The notes: a model not told the origin generated them from the letters alone. Shown: positions 11,831 to 26,149, counted from the first letter of the stretch. The stretch: DNA of 64,000 nucleotides from the human T2T-CHM13v2.0 reference genome, Homo sapiens (GCF_009914755.1 NC_060926.1), one strand, 5' to 3'. Made by a program: numbers and translations.

Positions 11831-14800
11831 CTAAATAGATGAAATCTGAGGGCCTTCTTAATGTAATGATTCTGTCTAAAATTTCATTTTAGAAATAGTT
11901 GTTTGAAATTAAAGTTGTCCAGGAAGAGCTTGTCCCATAAAAGATGAAGCTCTCAGAATATGATATTCTTAAGCCTGTTTCTTAAAGGCATTTTTCAACT
12001 TTAATATTCAGATACCATAGAGTGAGTTGGAAGGGGGTAGAGAGTCTCTTGGCTGAAGTGTAATTTAAAAAAACACTCTTCTGTCTGTCACACTTTCAGT
12101 TTAGTCATGGGTTGAAGGTCCTATGTGGGCCACATGTCCCAAACTGTGATTAGTGACCCAGGTCTGTGTAACTCACTCCTGCTTCTTCCTGCTAAAAATC
12201 AGATCTACCTACAAATGATGAAACTGACATAATTGTTGGTAAGTATCAATGAATATTTTCTGTAATTAAAGGATAATAAAACTCTTCCTTTAATTTAGAA
12301 TCAAAGGCACAGCGTAAAACAATGCCAGAAACTAACTTGGGGTTTCTTAGAAGAACTCAGTTGCAAACCAGTCATTACCAGACCGTTTTGGGGAACTTTT
12401 TAAAAAATCTTCTAAATTTGTAGTCTATGATTCTAAAGAATTTCAAGATTTCTACTTCATGACTATAAGGATTTATTTGGTCACTGCAAAACTAATGGAC
12501 TCGCCTAAAGTAATTCCATACGTTAATGAAAGCAACAAAATATATAGTAGTTCTAATATTCAATTCTCCTTATATAAATATTAGCTATTAATAACAAACC
12601 AGTGTCATTTCATGAATGCTTACTGTGAAGCACGGGAAAGAGGGTAAAAAATAAGGATGAGAAGTACAAGAAAATAAAATCTGTTTATTTATTTGGAAAG
12701 ATAATTAAAATCGTGGTTATTTATTGATGTAAAAATAGAGATGGCATCAAGGGGTTTATACAAGGAGAGTTCACTGAAGGCCAGAGAAAGAAGACTCAGT
12801 GACATGATAGGGAAGAAAATTCTGATTTTTACTATGTGCTTAACTATGATAAAGAATGTCATCAACTTAGTTGGAATGGATGGCAGATAGTCAAAAACTG
12901 AAAAATCCTGCCTGGGGGATGTTGGGATTGTGAGTGAGATATGAACGTGAAATTTGCAGTTCACAGAAGAGGGACCTTGCTGGAAGATATTTCTAGCAGA
13001 GAAGTGACCAACCTCCTTTCCAGAAAATAGTAGACCAGGTGCTAGTAACTGAGAAAAATTATGAGAAAATTTTCCTAATTTATACATTATTTAAAGAATG
13101 AAAGATGTAAAATCAAGATCTATCACTGGGCACTCTGTAATGAAAAGAGATAAGATAGTAACTGAATGAGGAAATTATAAAACACTGGGAGGCAAATAAA
13201 CTCTTGAATCTAGAATAGGCTAATAGAATCTACTTATTAAAATTAGCGCAACAGACAGTCTGAAGAATACAGTTATAAGGGGACATCCTAAAGTTTGTAG
13301 AAACATACACTTAAATCTCCAATTATCCTATTCATGTGATGACTCCAAACGACATTTTTTCCCCACTCTCTGTTCAACTGATAGTTTCACGTAAAAATTC
13401 TGGGTATGATAAATCTCCAAATGTGTCTTTAGTTCAAGGAATTTATTCAACTGTCACTTGCTTCAGTGTAACTCTAAGCCTGAGATTGAGACTACTAACT
13501 TTGACCTTTAGGAATAATAGGTATATAGTTTTACTCCCACATATTCGAAGGAGAGGTACATTTCTAAAATTTCTAAAATCACCTCTGTCCAACCACCTCT
13601 TTTCTACTGTTTCTGAATATTAACTACTATTTTCTGATCACTCTGTGTGTGATACTTTGCATACAGCTGTCAAATCACACAATCATTATTTACAAATTAA
13701 ATAATTAAAAAGAGGGGTTAAATGACTGTTCTGAGTCATGCTTAAATGCGGAGACTCAAACCTAGTCAACTTCATACTGAAGCACATGTTCTGTTTACCT
13801 CACCCTGTTCCATTGTCATAGCCAAGACGTGAAGGATTGACAACAAATATGAGGTGACTCCCCATCTTCTAATTTGGGTCCACCAAGAAGACTAATACAT
13901 AGGTAAAAGCGGAAAAAAAAAACCCACCGAATTTCTACTTTCAAGAGTTTTAACAGTATTGTCCTAGAGGAGAACTAAGGCAAGATGGTGAAGTGGCACA
14001 GATTTATTTTAGGTTTTTACTTTTCCTTTTAGGTTCTTATTTTTTTCCCTCCAATCCTATGTCTCAGTTACCCCAAGGACTGCTGTCTGCAGCAGCTATT
14101 AAGCTGGTACATACCCAAGAGTCTGAATGTTATGTTGTTAATAGCTCAATATGTTTTACTTTCCAAAATTCCTGAAGTCCTAAATCATTCAAAGCTCTAC
14201 AAGGTTTTGGCTTCTGGGGAAGAAATATTTTCAGACACAGGGGTCTTTTCAGAACTTCTTCAGTCATAACATGGAGGCCATCAGGCAGGTAAATCCAACA
14301 TTGAGTCAGTTTTTAGTCTGTACACAAGGCATCTTTTTTTCACCCTTGAAAACCCTATCAGACTTTGTGAGTATGTGTTTTTTTCCCCAGAGCAAATTCT
14401 GTGACTTTAAAAAATGAATTGCTGTGTGCCTATGTCCTTTTTAAAGGTATTTTCAGTTGATGTACTGACCCAGGAGAAGACGTAGAAGCTTTTAACTTCT
14501 ACATCAATGAAATCAGGAAAACAAAAGGTTTTTCAAGCAAGACAATTTCTATGTAGGTCCCTTAACAATTAAAGGATGGTCAAAGAAAGCCAATTTTAAA
14601 ATGGAGGTTACTTGCTCTCTGTCTGTCACCCATGAAACTCATACCTTCAAACTCCTTGTAAACAGTCAGGTTTATATAAAGATACAGAAAAAAAATCACA
14701 ATTTAAAAATTATTTAAACCTATATCCATAATATTTGTCCTTATTATCAGTGCTTTTTTCTTTCTGAATGGTTGGATTATCTACAGATATTTGTTTGGAA

Positions 14801-16605
14801 TAAATATGGATGGGATGGAGGCAGATTCTATAATTCAAAAATATTTAGTCTTCATGTTTTAATTGTAAAAGCTCCTGGCTTTTCCAATATACATTTTCAT
14901 GTTCCATTATCTTGCCAAGACTCTATAGGAACACATTCTAGTGTTAAATGCTGAACAAATAATATCAATGGCAAATTACTAAAGAAAAATGTAGTTATTA
15001 TTCTGTATCTTTTCAGTCTCCCTGAATCCTGCACCTGTGAGAGGAATTTTGGACAGAAGCATTGGAGCCATTTGGGGATTCCCTCAGATCTAATATTTTG
15101 TTGGCTGTGAATTGTACCCCATTATGTGCTACACTGCACTTTATTTCCCATATTTGGCACTTTCAGTGATATTTCCTCCAAACAGACACAGGGAGCCATG
15201 CTTGGTATTCTTTAAAGGGAACAAATAGATGAGCTAATTGTTTTAAATGTCCCCAGTGAGATAAGTGGCAGGATGCTGGAATTGATCATCTAATTACCTA
15301 TTTGCTATCACAGAGAAGAGGAAAATCCATCCATAATTAATGTTTAGAGAATGGAAAAGTTGTCATCTTAAATCAAGGTAAAATATAATAATCACATTGA
15401 GGACTTTTTGCAGAAAAATACAAATTATTTGCTAGATGTTGGGGATTGGCTGCTTATCTTTTCACTTAATTGTGTGTTGGCACCTGTGATATGTATAGTA
15501 TTACTGAAGTATTTGTCTGGAATGCAGTTCTGATTTATAAGCATTTTCATTTACAGAACTTTGGATGCCATTCCACTTGAAGTCAAGAGAAGAATACCTA
15601 AAGAGTCCTCAGTCCAGGGCCAGCCACTTACCTATTAAGCATGCAACTCACTTGCCTGAAGGGGGCAATGGCAAGGCAGTCTCACGGACTAAGCAAGCTA
15701 TGATGTTAGTTACAAGGAAAGTATGACAATATCCTATGGGATGTGCACAAGGAGAGTATCTTCTGGGATATGCCCAAGCCTGCAGAACAACAGACCTTTA
15801 TTTCTAGTGCATATGTATTTTTTATGAATAGGAATATTGTGATTAATTCAGAGGAAAGAGAGAAGTTATTACAGACTAGAAAAGAATTTAGAAGCAAAAT
15901 GTGTAAGTGGTTTGTCCATTTTCTCACTTTGTGTCAATTTCTTGACAAATCTTGTTGATCCGTTAGTAGATGTGCTGAGTAAATGTTAAATAAGAAGGTT
16001 ATTATTTTATTGGTAATATTGGTAGTATGCTCTTTTAGCGTAGAGAGATCTCAGTGTCTTCTCTATCTTTAAACTCATCACTACCAAAGTGAAAGTACTT
16101 TTCCTTGGGCTCACCTTGGCTCACCTACAGAATGATTTGGGTGTGGTCTAGAGAGAAAGGGGCCAAGGAGAAAGCTTAGAGTATTTAAGTCTGATACATA
16201 GGCTTTCATACACAGGCAAATTGACATTGCATCTTGACATGGACCGGTGTAACCTACAAACAGTAAGGGACCATGTAATATGTCATTGAAAACTAGCCAC
16301 TTTTGAGAGTTAAAGAGGTATACATTTATTAATTCACCGGGATAGAGGTAGCCCCAGGCAAACTGGAATACATTATTATACTATCTAGGAGAGTACATTA
16401 GCATTTGAAGCAGTAATGAAGTATTTATTAGTCTGGCCCTGTTTTCTTGCATATAAATTCTTATGATGAACTGGGAACCTTGCAGAGGTTTGATGTGGTT
16501 AGATGGGATTTGAATTTTAGAGACTTGGGTTCTGGTCACCTGTGTTTCTCACCACACTTGAGAAAGGGCCAACTTTTGATATAATTGGCATACCAAGATT
16601 TGAAA

Positions 16606-16644
16606 ACACACACACACCCACACACCCACACCCACCCACACACA
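16606..16644. repeat. (CA)n/(CACC)n microsatellite
   Basis: Directly visible. Confidence 0.85.
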
Positions 16645-18639
16645 TGGCAGTGGAAAAGAATGGGGAGAGCAGGCCTTAGGTAATGGGACAAGACTCTAGC
16701 AGTTATATTCCAACTGCAGGTGCAACTGTAGCACTGCTAAACCAGGACCTACTTAGCAGGATATGATATTAACAAAGATAAGTTTCTTTTCCATGGTCAA
16801 AGCCAGGTCACTCAGCACTTTATCTGTCTTATGTGCATCTGGCTTATGTGCTTCAAAATCTTAAAAGATGTCAAAGCTCCCAAACTGTGGTTATGGCTGT
16901 GGGTAAATTCTTTTTTGACCTTGGGATCATTATAATTAAGAACATAAACAGTAAAGGTAACAAAAACAATCTTAGTATTAATATTTTCTCTTGACTTCAG
17001 GTATAATTGGTATGTATTCAAGTGATTAAAGTGTAATGATTATGAAAATTTTAGTATATTAGACTATCTACCAGACTTACTTTGTGAAACCAATTTGAAA
17101 TATATGCTTAAGTAGTGGACTTAGACTAGTGATTTTAAATTGAAAGCCCTAGGTCACTTTTATTACTATAAATAACGTTGAAATACTAAGAGGAATAAAG
17201 TCATTATACTTGTGAATACAATTGGTGAAACTTATAAGAATTAAGTATTGAAAAAAGATTTTGTTTGTTAGGCAGACAAAGTACTTAAAAAGGGTTGATT
17301 ACATGTCTAAATCTAATTTAAAATATTTAAAGAAACGTATTTAACTTTAAAAGCCCTATAAAAAGTAACTTTTAAGTTTTAGTAGATTTATGAAAGGAAT
17401 AAGATTTTTAAGATGTACTTTAAAGATTAAGGATAAACTAAGTTTTTAAAATGTATAACAGGCAAAAGTTCTTTTTCTTTTCTGTGCATTAAAATTACCC
17501 TCAATGATACAAGAAAATTTATGTTGGCAGCTAAGAGAATAATGAACACCTTGAAAAAATTTTTTAGAGGCAAAATGATACATTAGATATCCCAATGCAT
17601 AGTTGATAGCAAAATAAATTATGCAGACAGTAAAACTGTGGGTTTAGGGGAAAAGACAGCTCACTGTGGTCTAAATTGTTCTGGTAAAGTTCAATTAAAA
17701 TGTATTAAATTACCCTGAGCTTCATCCTCATGAATTGAGTTAAATAGACCTTTAAAATTTGCGTTATGTGGTGATGATAAAGGCACAGAAGTAACTTATC
17801 AACAATGCTTTGTTTAGAAGTGAGAAGACACTCTCTCTCATGAAAGTTTCTGAAAATGTTATCCTTTCTTTAATGTGAAGCTGTCAGTATGTTTTATTGA
17901 TTTATGCTTTTGTATTTATTGTTCTTTTAGTGTGGAAATGGGCACCTTTGACTGAACCATGTTTCTTGCTCGGTATTGAAAAATGACCTCATTCCTTTGT
18001 AAGTATTAGTCACATTTTAATGGGGACATATTCAACGTTTGTACAAGAACTCCCAAATCTTCTGAAAGCATTATCATCACACATGGGTGAATTTCAATTA
18101 CCGATGGTGCCACCAATTCAGTGTTCTTCCTATATTATGATCACAGATGAAGGTGAGTTTTTAGATGGTCAGTGACTAAAGGCTTTGAAGCAACTGATGT
18201 CACTTGCTTTCCATTTGTATCCTTTCTGCTCTTAATTGTTGCTTCTGCTAGTAAGCAGGATGTATTATCCAAAACATACTAGGCTTTGAAAATGCAAGCT
18301 CTTTTGCTATGCATTAATATGATCATTTTTCTAAGTTAATGCATCATCATTACTTCCCACTTGGCACATGGGAAAATGTAGCACAAGCAGAACTAGGGTT
18401 TGAAGTCAAACCTCAAAAAAGAAAAAAAAATAGATTTTGCTCTTTAATAGAAAAGAGAAGAAGTAAGGGCTACAAGCAAAACAAAAATAACTCTTGAGTT
18501 GTATTTGGAAAATGGCTGCTAGACAGGCAGAATTTCTTGAGCACTTGGACTGAAGATGGTCATCCAGTATGAGATGCTTTGCTTTTTCCATTCAGGCAGA
18601 ATGTGGTTGAAAGGTGCTTTTAAATGTCATTCCAAGTAT

Positions 18640-19030
18640 GGCAGAGGTGCAGACCAAGGAAAGCCTTTAGAATCCATTAGGTTGCTTTTAAGATTCCCCC
18701 CCACCACTTTACTATCTGAAAATTATTTTCTCCACTGTCAACAGGAGATAATAACATCTATCTTGCACGATTGTTGTGTAAAGCAGTGATCACAGTGCTG
18801 ATATAGAGCAGCTACTCAATAAAAAGAAAGGGTTTTGAATGTTAATGAGAGAAGTTAAAACCTGTTCAGACAAGCAAGAAGCAACAAACTCTTCCCTGAG
18901 ATTTATTTTCCTTGTCTGTAAATACAGTAACAGGACCTTATTCTTTGGGTTGGAGTGAGGATTAAATCAATAAAGCACATGAAAATATGTTGCACAGAGC
19001 CTGGGTAATTGTAAGTGCTATATGAAGCTT
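18640..19030 (+). mobile_element. Two adjacent MIR remnants
   Basis: 'ggagataataacatctatcttgcacgattgttgtg' and 'tctgtaaatacagtaacagga...gtgaggattaaa' match the MIR core/3' region. Confidence 0.5.
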
Positions 19031-19500
19031 TTTTCTCCTTTTCTTCAGTTACAGATTTGGGTAATAAATGCTTTCCTGGTATAGTAGTGCTTGTGTTTTA
19101 GATTTCTAAATTTAGAAACATTTTAATAATACCTTAAATATAATAAAACAATATTTTCAGAAGAAGTAGGTGTGTAATGATTGGTTTACATTTTGTGGTA
19201 AGTTGAATTAGTGATCTAGTGGCTTGGAAATTCAGGATGTGCCTATTGTGTGGGAGAAAAAACTGCACTGGTAAAACAGAAGAACAATGAAATTGAGAGA
19301 AAATACAATCTACCATCAATTAAGAGTCAGTCTTGGGCAATGTGAACTGGAAGACAAATGTATTGGCTATCAACTTCTGAAAAGGCATTAGAATAACCTG
19401 TTGATCAGCAAAGCTAAGTTTATTAAGGTTTAGGGTAGTGAACCTTGGCAGGCTTGGTAGTATCTGATTGGGAGTGTTTTATAAAATGCAATGGTTCTTT

Positions 19501-19975
19501 TGATGGCAGGCCACATCACAATAATAATCAGATAGATGAAAGGCAGAACTTTTTGTTACCTACAGCTCAAAAGAAAGATCACTGTCAGGCATGGTTACTT
19601 AGGGGTAGTTTCCCAGGACAGGGTAATAGCAAGCTAGAGCTGTAAGATGCAGTTTAAGTATGGCAAACAGGATAGGATTAGCTAGGTTTTGTGGGCTCCC
19701 TGTGGATTAGCTAATTTGAATAATTTCCCAAGCTGCAGGACATAAGAACTGTCCCTAGTTGTCTGATACCTGGCCCTCGGGTGATTAACACAGGTGCATA
19801 GTGGCCAGGAAGATGAAGTATGAAGCCCCGATAAGGAAGTGATTGGAGTATGGACATAACCAGCTGCTCAAGAAGGAGAACTGTCTGAACTTAAGTTAGG
19901 GATTGAAAAGTGAGTCAAGACAGCCTTTAAAAACAAAACAACAACAACAACAAGAACAGGAAAAACTTTATTACA
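19501..19975 (-). mobile_element. Probable ancient ERVL-type solo LTR (MER74/MER54/LTR53-like)
   Basis: TG...CA termini (tgatggcagg...ttattaca), about 475 bp, LTR-like composition. No clear TSD; family uncertain. Confidence 0.4.
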
Positions 19976-20989
19976 GGAAGATGTCGGGAAAAAATGTATT
20001 AAGTATTGAGGTCTGGGCTCATGTAGTTTAAGGCGTGTTTTTCATGGCAGGGACTGATTGAGACTGGGCAAAATTCATAACTTAATATCTTAATATTGGG
20101 GGTGCATAGAGAGTTAAGGCTCTGGAAACAGATCTTGATAAATTTTTGCTCGGCAAGCCAGCTTCTTGTCCAGATGAACAATCTATAAACTTCAGATGGG
20201 GGCTATTTCCCTGAATGAGACAACGCTTTACTTGGACACAATAGTCTTTAAGAATTTCCGGCAACAGTGAAGTTACTCATTAGACTCTTTTTTCCTCAGG
20301 CTAGAATTTTTGGAATAAACAGTAAAATAACATGGACACAAGTGTTCCCAGCTGTAAGTCCTGATAGTTAAGCAGCATGGATTCAGATGGTCTTAGTTCT
20401 CAGAGGAAAGAGTAAGACTTCTACACATGAAATAATAGCAGACCCACAAAACAGTAATATATATGCTTATTAATATATAGGAAAATAGATCAGAATATTT
20501 TAAATATTTACACACATGTTAAAGTGTATATTCATACGTGATATTCTGTAATACAGAACTTAAAGCTAGAGGATTTAAAGGAAAAGTAGATTAGGCAATG
20601 CATTACAGTTGAAAGAGCATTTGAATGAGAGAAAAGAAGCAGACTTCAAGCCTAACTTGATCTTAACTTGACACTAAGATGATGTTTCTACTTGGGCAAG
20701 TCACTGATGGAGTTTTACGTCAAGAACTGGACCACTTTTTTCTGTTATTGTTTGTTTTTGTCTTCTTTGTGACTATAGTGCAATGCTTAGCTGTTTGCTG
20801 AATCAAAGAATGAATTTGATAGACAAATGTTCATGGAAGACATGCGTATCAAACTGGGCAATAAATGGAGTAGAACTGGGAAGAAAGCAAGCATTCCCCC
20901 CACCAAAAAAAAGAGAATACGAGTGGGTAAAAAGGAGATGATACTTTTATAGGACAATGAAACATTAATGCTTCCCAAATCTGTGAGGA

Positions 20990-22280
20990 ATTAATAGTAG
21001 AGCTGGTAAGGTGAGGGAGGTCACAAGAAATGGAAGACCTGAAAAATCAGGAATTTATATTTGATGGGTATGATAGTAGTTCTTCAAATTTTTCCATGAA
21101 GCATTCCTAATGACTGATGGAGGTAGCCAGCTTTTGTGGTCCCAGGAGACAACATGGAAGGATAATGGTAAACCCAAAATTGCCATAAAGTTTCCTGTTT
21201 TATATTAAAATTGTATCTCATATTTACATTCTACCTTGTAATATATCTGCACTAGTTTTGTTGTAAGAATACTACATTTCCCCAAATCCCTGCATTAAAA
21301 TATCACTCTATAAATCTACACTCTCTTTTTTGGGTAAATTATTGTCCCTACCCTGCCTTCCTTATCCCAGTTATGCCAATTTCTGTTTGAGAACCACTTG
21401 AAAAATTTAGTAAAAGAATGATATAATGGAAAAGAGGTTTAAAAATACCAATCTATAAATATCTTTTTGTAGATAGGTAGGTGCAAAGAAGAGCATTTGT
21501 TTAGGCAGGGGAATCAGAAGATGTCTGGTGATTCAATTGGGTGGTAGCAAGGACAGTGAAGGGGTTGGCAAACTACAGCCCAGCCCATGGGCCAAATTCT
21601 GCCAGTTTTGTAAATAAAATTTTGGAAACAGCCATATGAACTCATTTACATATTGTCTGTGATTGTTTTAAATACTACAATGTAGAGTTGAGTGTTGCAA
21701 CAGAGACCAAATAGCCTCCAAAGATACAAATACTCACTTTCAGGTGATACTGAAAAAGTTTGCTTGCTCCTGGTTTAGTTTAAAGTGATGCCAGTGGGGT
21801 TGAAGAGGAAAGCAATCCATATGAAAAAAAATTGTAAAGAAGGAGTTGCTAGATAACAACCCCCCACCCCCCCCAAAAAAAAACCTGCTTTGTGATTTAT
21901 AGGATACAGGACATGAAAGTAGTAGAATACTTACACTTTATCTACTTCAAAGGCAACTTGAAGTTTTCAAGCCTGGGTAACTCAGAAAATTATGGTGTCC
22001 TTGGCAGACACAGGGTGATAGAGAGAAAAGCCAGTTTAGGGGTTCTCAATCTTTTACATGTTGATTCTGAGGTGACAGACTAACTCCAAAAAATGTCTAA
22101 CGGCATGCTGCACCTACTGGAGTGTAACTTGAATGCAAGATGATGACGAGGGTATAGATTCAGAAGTCATCAACAGAAGATATAACCAGAGTCATTTTCA
22201 CTAGCAGAAGGACAGTCAATATATTTAATGGTGAAAGAAAAAAAGGCAAAAAGGTGGTTCATGAGATCCACGCATTGAAC
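20990..22280 (-). mobile_element. L2 LINE remnant with nested DNA-transposon fossils
   Basis: Purine-rich L2 antisense motifs ('aagttttcaagcctgggtaact', 'tttacatgttgattctgaggtgac'). Diverged. Confidence 0.5.
21560..21772 (+). mobile_element. MER58A (hAT-Charlie non-autonomous DNA transposon)
   Basis: 'ggggttggcaaactacagcc...gggccaaat...gttttgtaaataaaat...gcaacagagacc...aaaaagtttgc...cctg' with inverted termini. Confidence 0.8.
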
Positions 22281-23629
22281 AGGGTAACAAGAGACTAAAT
22301 GCCTGTTTATATCCATAACAGCCTCCAGCCTGCCATCTAGTTTGTCTGGTTGCCCTTTGATTCTCCATCAATTAAGTATACAGATAAATTGGCCAATCCT
22401 TATGAACTGTGTTGAGAAAACAGAATGAAGTATTTAAAACACTTTTATAGCTCCAAAAATAAAAAGAAACACTACAGGCAAATTCTAGGGATTATCATTA
22501 TTATCCAGGAAAATCAGCTATACCTCAGATAGTATAATACTATGGGTCAAATTATGCTTTTTGTGAGTGCAGTGAGCTGTATAATATATGATACTAACTA
22601 TAACTTGATTCCAGCATTAAGAATGTGCTTCTACAACATTTCCTTAGGGCAGAAGGAGTGGAGTGAATATTAGAAGGGTTTATAGCTTGTTAGATTTTGT
22701 CAGACTTTAATTTAGTTATACAGTTAAGATATCTATTTTAATGTATGATAAATGAGCTGAAGATTATCTAATATTTTAGGGAGTATATAAATGAACTGTT
22801 TACATTATCTTTAACTCAGAATTGGTAAGATCATCATGGGCTGAATTAACACCCATTCCTCCCAGCAACTCTCATCTTTCTTTGTTAGACCATGATGAAG
22901 CAATAACCACGCCCATTTCCTCCTGTTCTGGCCAATGACTTGCTTCCACTCAAATAACACAGATTTGATATTCGGTTTCCCAAAAGTGGAAAACAGGAAA
23001 GTCAGAGCCAAGTGGGAAGACCTACACTTAATGCTTTCACTCATTTTGTCATTAATAACGCTGCTCAAGACCAACTGAGATAAAGAATAAAAAACTATCA
23101 GCTATTTTTCTGAGGGGATGGATAAGCAAACATGAATCCTTTCTCGCTACATAGTTAGTTGACATTAATCAACTTGCGTAGTCTTGAAGACCAATATATG
23201 TGCTTTTATGATATTCTTACAGTGAGCCTTTGGTCACTGGCATTTTTTATGTTATAAAAATAAAGAGAATTAGAGTATGGATGTAGGAGAAAAAAGTTAA
23301 TGCAGCTTAGAAAGCTCATTAAGAAAAGAAGCTTTATTATTAATCTGCCAAGATTGATTCCAAGGTGAAATAATGCCATTAGCACTGTCTTGAGTAATCA
23401 GTATTTATCCTGATTCTTCTAGCCATTCAGAAAGAAAATAGATTAACAGAAAATAACACAACAACCTCAAATATAACTAAATGCTGTAGCTATGTCTATG
23501 CGGTTTTGCTGAAAGTCAATAGAAAATGTGCTTTAAGAAAGAGAAAGAGAATAGAGGCAGCATCTGTCTCCTCCAGACATCATGAGGTTTAAAACTCTTC
23601 CACCAGCCACGGGCAAAAAAGACGTTACT

Positions 23630-24150
23630 CAGTCTATCAGCAACTACATTCAGTTGTGGATAAATGTGACCTAAAATAGTGACTTAAACAAATTAGAATT
23701 TTATCTTTCCGTGTAGTGAAAAGTTCAAAGAAGTTAGCAATCCTGGCCTGCTGTGTTACTTTGTAATGTCATTAGGACACAGAGCTCTGCTTCCCTTCAG
23801 CCACTGTAGTATGTGGCTACTGTCTCATGGTCACAAAAACTAACACTCTCCTCTCCACTCTTGCTCTTCTCCCCTGTGGCTGGCTCCATAAGCATGTTTC
23901 AGAAAGGAGAAAGGGAAAAAGGTGTGGAAATGGCCATGCCAGCTCAGTCAGACCCTCCTTTTAAACGCTTTCCCATTGTTTACATCTCATTTAATAGAAC
24001 TATGACAGTGCTATAAGATAACAACTAGCTGCTAAGGGAAGTTGAGAAATTGTTTAGTCTAGGCATATGGCCACCCTGAATAAAAAAAGGATTCGATAGA
24101 AAGAAAGGCAGAGGGAATAGATATTGAGTGGTAGCTAACCGTCTCTGTCA
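23630..24150 (-). mobile_element. Old MaLR LTR (MLT1J/K-like)
   Basis: 'aaaatagtgacttaaacaa', 'tctcatggtcacaaaa' and 'actagctgctaagggaagttgagaaat' resemble MLT1J/K. Confidence 0.5.
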
Positions 24151-24423
24151 AAAGTGCAAATTTAATGTCTCTAATACTGCTCAAGATGACGCTGCTTTGT
24201 TCAGATGCTGTAAGTCTTGTTTTGATACTTCTCGGTACAGTCCATAGGTAAAGAACCTGGCATGTTGTGAGTTTATACACAGGAGTTTTTTCTCTTGTAG
24301 AATCCATACAAAATGGCAATATATAGAGTTCTGGTATGGAGGAAGAAAGAAAGAATAAAAAGAGAAATGACTAAATGACTTCAGAATCTCTCTCGCTACA
24401 ATCATTCTTTCCCCTGATTTATT

Positions 24424-24720
24424 CTTTTTTTCTTTTTCTGAAATGGAGTTTTACTCTTGTGGCCCAGGTGGGAGTGCAATGGCACGATCTTGGTTCACCA
24501 CATCTCTGCCTTTTGGGTTCAAGCGATTCTTCTGCCTCAGCCTCCCGAGTAGCTGGGATTACAGGCATGGGCCACCATGCCCAGCTAATTTTGTATTTTT
24601 AGTAGAGACAGGGTTTCTCCACGTTGGTCAGGCTGGTCTCGAACTCCCAACCTCAGGTGATCCACCTGCCTTTGCCTCCCAAAGCGCTGGGATTACAGGC
24701 ATGAGCTACTGCAGCCGCCC
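24424..24720 (-). mobile_element. Alu SINE (AluSp/Sq-like)
   Basis: Full antisense dimer with poly(T). Diverged TSD TCCCCTGA(TT/CT)(T/C)ATTCTTT at 24410-24427 and 24721-24738. Confidence 0.96.
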
Positions 24721-24959
24721 TCCCCTGACTCATTCTTTTCACCTTTCTTCATTGGAAAAATCTGGAGTGAAAACTAGAATAATAAGAAAGTAGATAGACA
24801 TCTGTTCCCATCTTAACTGTGGAATATTCCAGAGGATCTTAAGCCTTTCTTTCATTTTATGGCAAATCTATACTAATACACTTCTACTTTCAGGCACTAT
24901 CAAAGATTCTGGAGTTAAATGAAGTTGCTACTTTTATAAGAACAGAGCAATTCTGATTA

Positions 24960-25435
24960 ATTTTTTAAAATAAATTTGTTTATTGGAATAGTTTTTAATT
25001 TACATAACTATTACAAAAATAGTACAGAGAGTTCCCATGTACTCATACCCAGATTTCCCTATTATTAACATCTTACATTAGTGTGGTATATTTGTTACAA
25101 TTAATGGAGCATTAATTGGTTCCTTTTGGTTCTGGTAGTTTCTTAGACTGTCCTTGTTTTTGATGACCTTGACAACTTTGAGGAAACTGGCAAGGTATTT
25201 CACAAACGTCCCTTACTAAGCTTTATTACATGTTGCTTCATTGAATTTTGGTGATAAAGACCACAAAGGTGAAGTGCCATTTCATGACATCATATTTGTG
25301 AGTTCTGATCTTGACCAACAGGCTGAGATAGTACTTGTCAGGTTTCTCCACTGTAAAGTTACCCTTTTCCATATCATACTCTTTGAAAAGAAGGCACTAT
25401 GTGCAGCCTACACTTATGAGTAGAGAATTACGCTC
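24960..25435 (-). mobile_element. Ancient L1 (L1MC-type) 3'UTR, resuming after 37653
   Basis: 'aaatagtacagagagttccc...attattaacatcttacattagtgtggtatatttgttacaattaatg' is typical of L1MC 3' ends. Confidence 0.7.
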
Positions 25436-25619
25436 AGTATCAATAAATTTAAAAAAAATCAAAATCATACCAAACATATAATCAGTCCACAGTGGAATAA
25501 ATATATAAATCAATGCCAAGAAAATCTCTCAAAACCACATAACTACATGAAAATTAAACAATGTGCCCCTGAATGATTTTTAGGCAAACAATAAAATTAA
25601 GGCAGAAATAAAAACATTC

Positions 25620-25907
25620 TTTTTTTTTTTGGATAAATATTGCTTTTTATTGTTTCCATTTTACATTTGGAAAAAAATGAGACTCCAAAATCGATGTCAA
25701 TTACCAATATAATTTAACAAAGTCAGTATTTAAATTTAGATCTGCCTTCTTCTAAATTCCAGAAATAGACCAGCTGCTATTAATTTAACATATCAGTCTT
25801 TGGCCAGTGATGATTATAATATGATAATGCAACCTGAGTTCTTACAATGTGTAGTTAGTTAACTATGAGTAAATTAATATAATAGTAAGTAAATAAATCT
25901 CTTGTGG
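25620..25907 (-). other. L1 3' transduced segment with its own AATAAA and poly(A)
   Basis: Non-L1 sequence lies between the L1's T-rich tail (about 25908-25950) and a second poly(T) (25620-25630). TTTATT at 25646-25651. The TSD lies outside this segment. Confidence 0.88.
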
Positions 25908-26149
25908 ATTTTATTTTTTAATTTTTTAATTTTATTTTATTATTATTATACTTTAAGTTTTAGGGTACATGTGCACAATGTGCAGGTTAGTTACATATGT
26001 ATACATGTGCCATGCTGGTGTACTTCACCCATTAACTCGTCATTTAGCATTAGGTATATCTGTTAATGCTATCCCTCCCACCTCCCCCCACCCCACAACA
26101 GGCCCCAGAGTGTGATGTTCCCCTTCCTGTGTCCATGTGTTCTCATTGT

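Noticed and set aside
12689-13330. 132-aa ORF and a nearby 'ENFPNL'-like motif
   Set aside because: Probably a very old L1/HAL1 ORF1 remnant read antisense. Too diverged to annotate confidently, with no gene evidence.
26073-26095. G-quadruplex-like C-runs (also about 62366-62395)
   Set aside because: This is the standard polypurine tract of the L1PA 3'UTR and is explained by the element.
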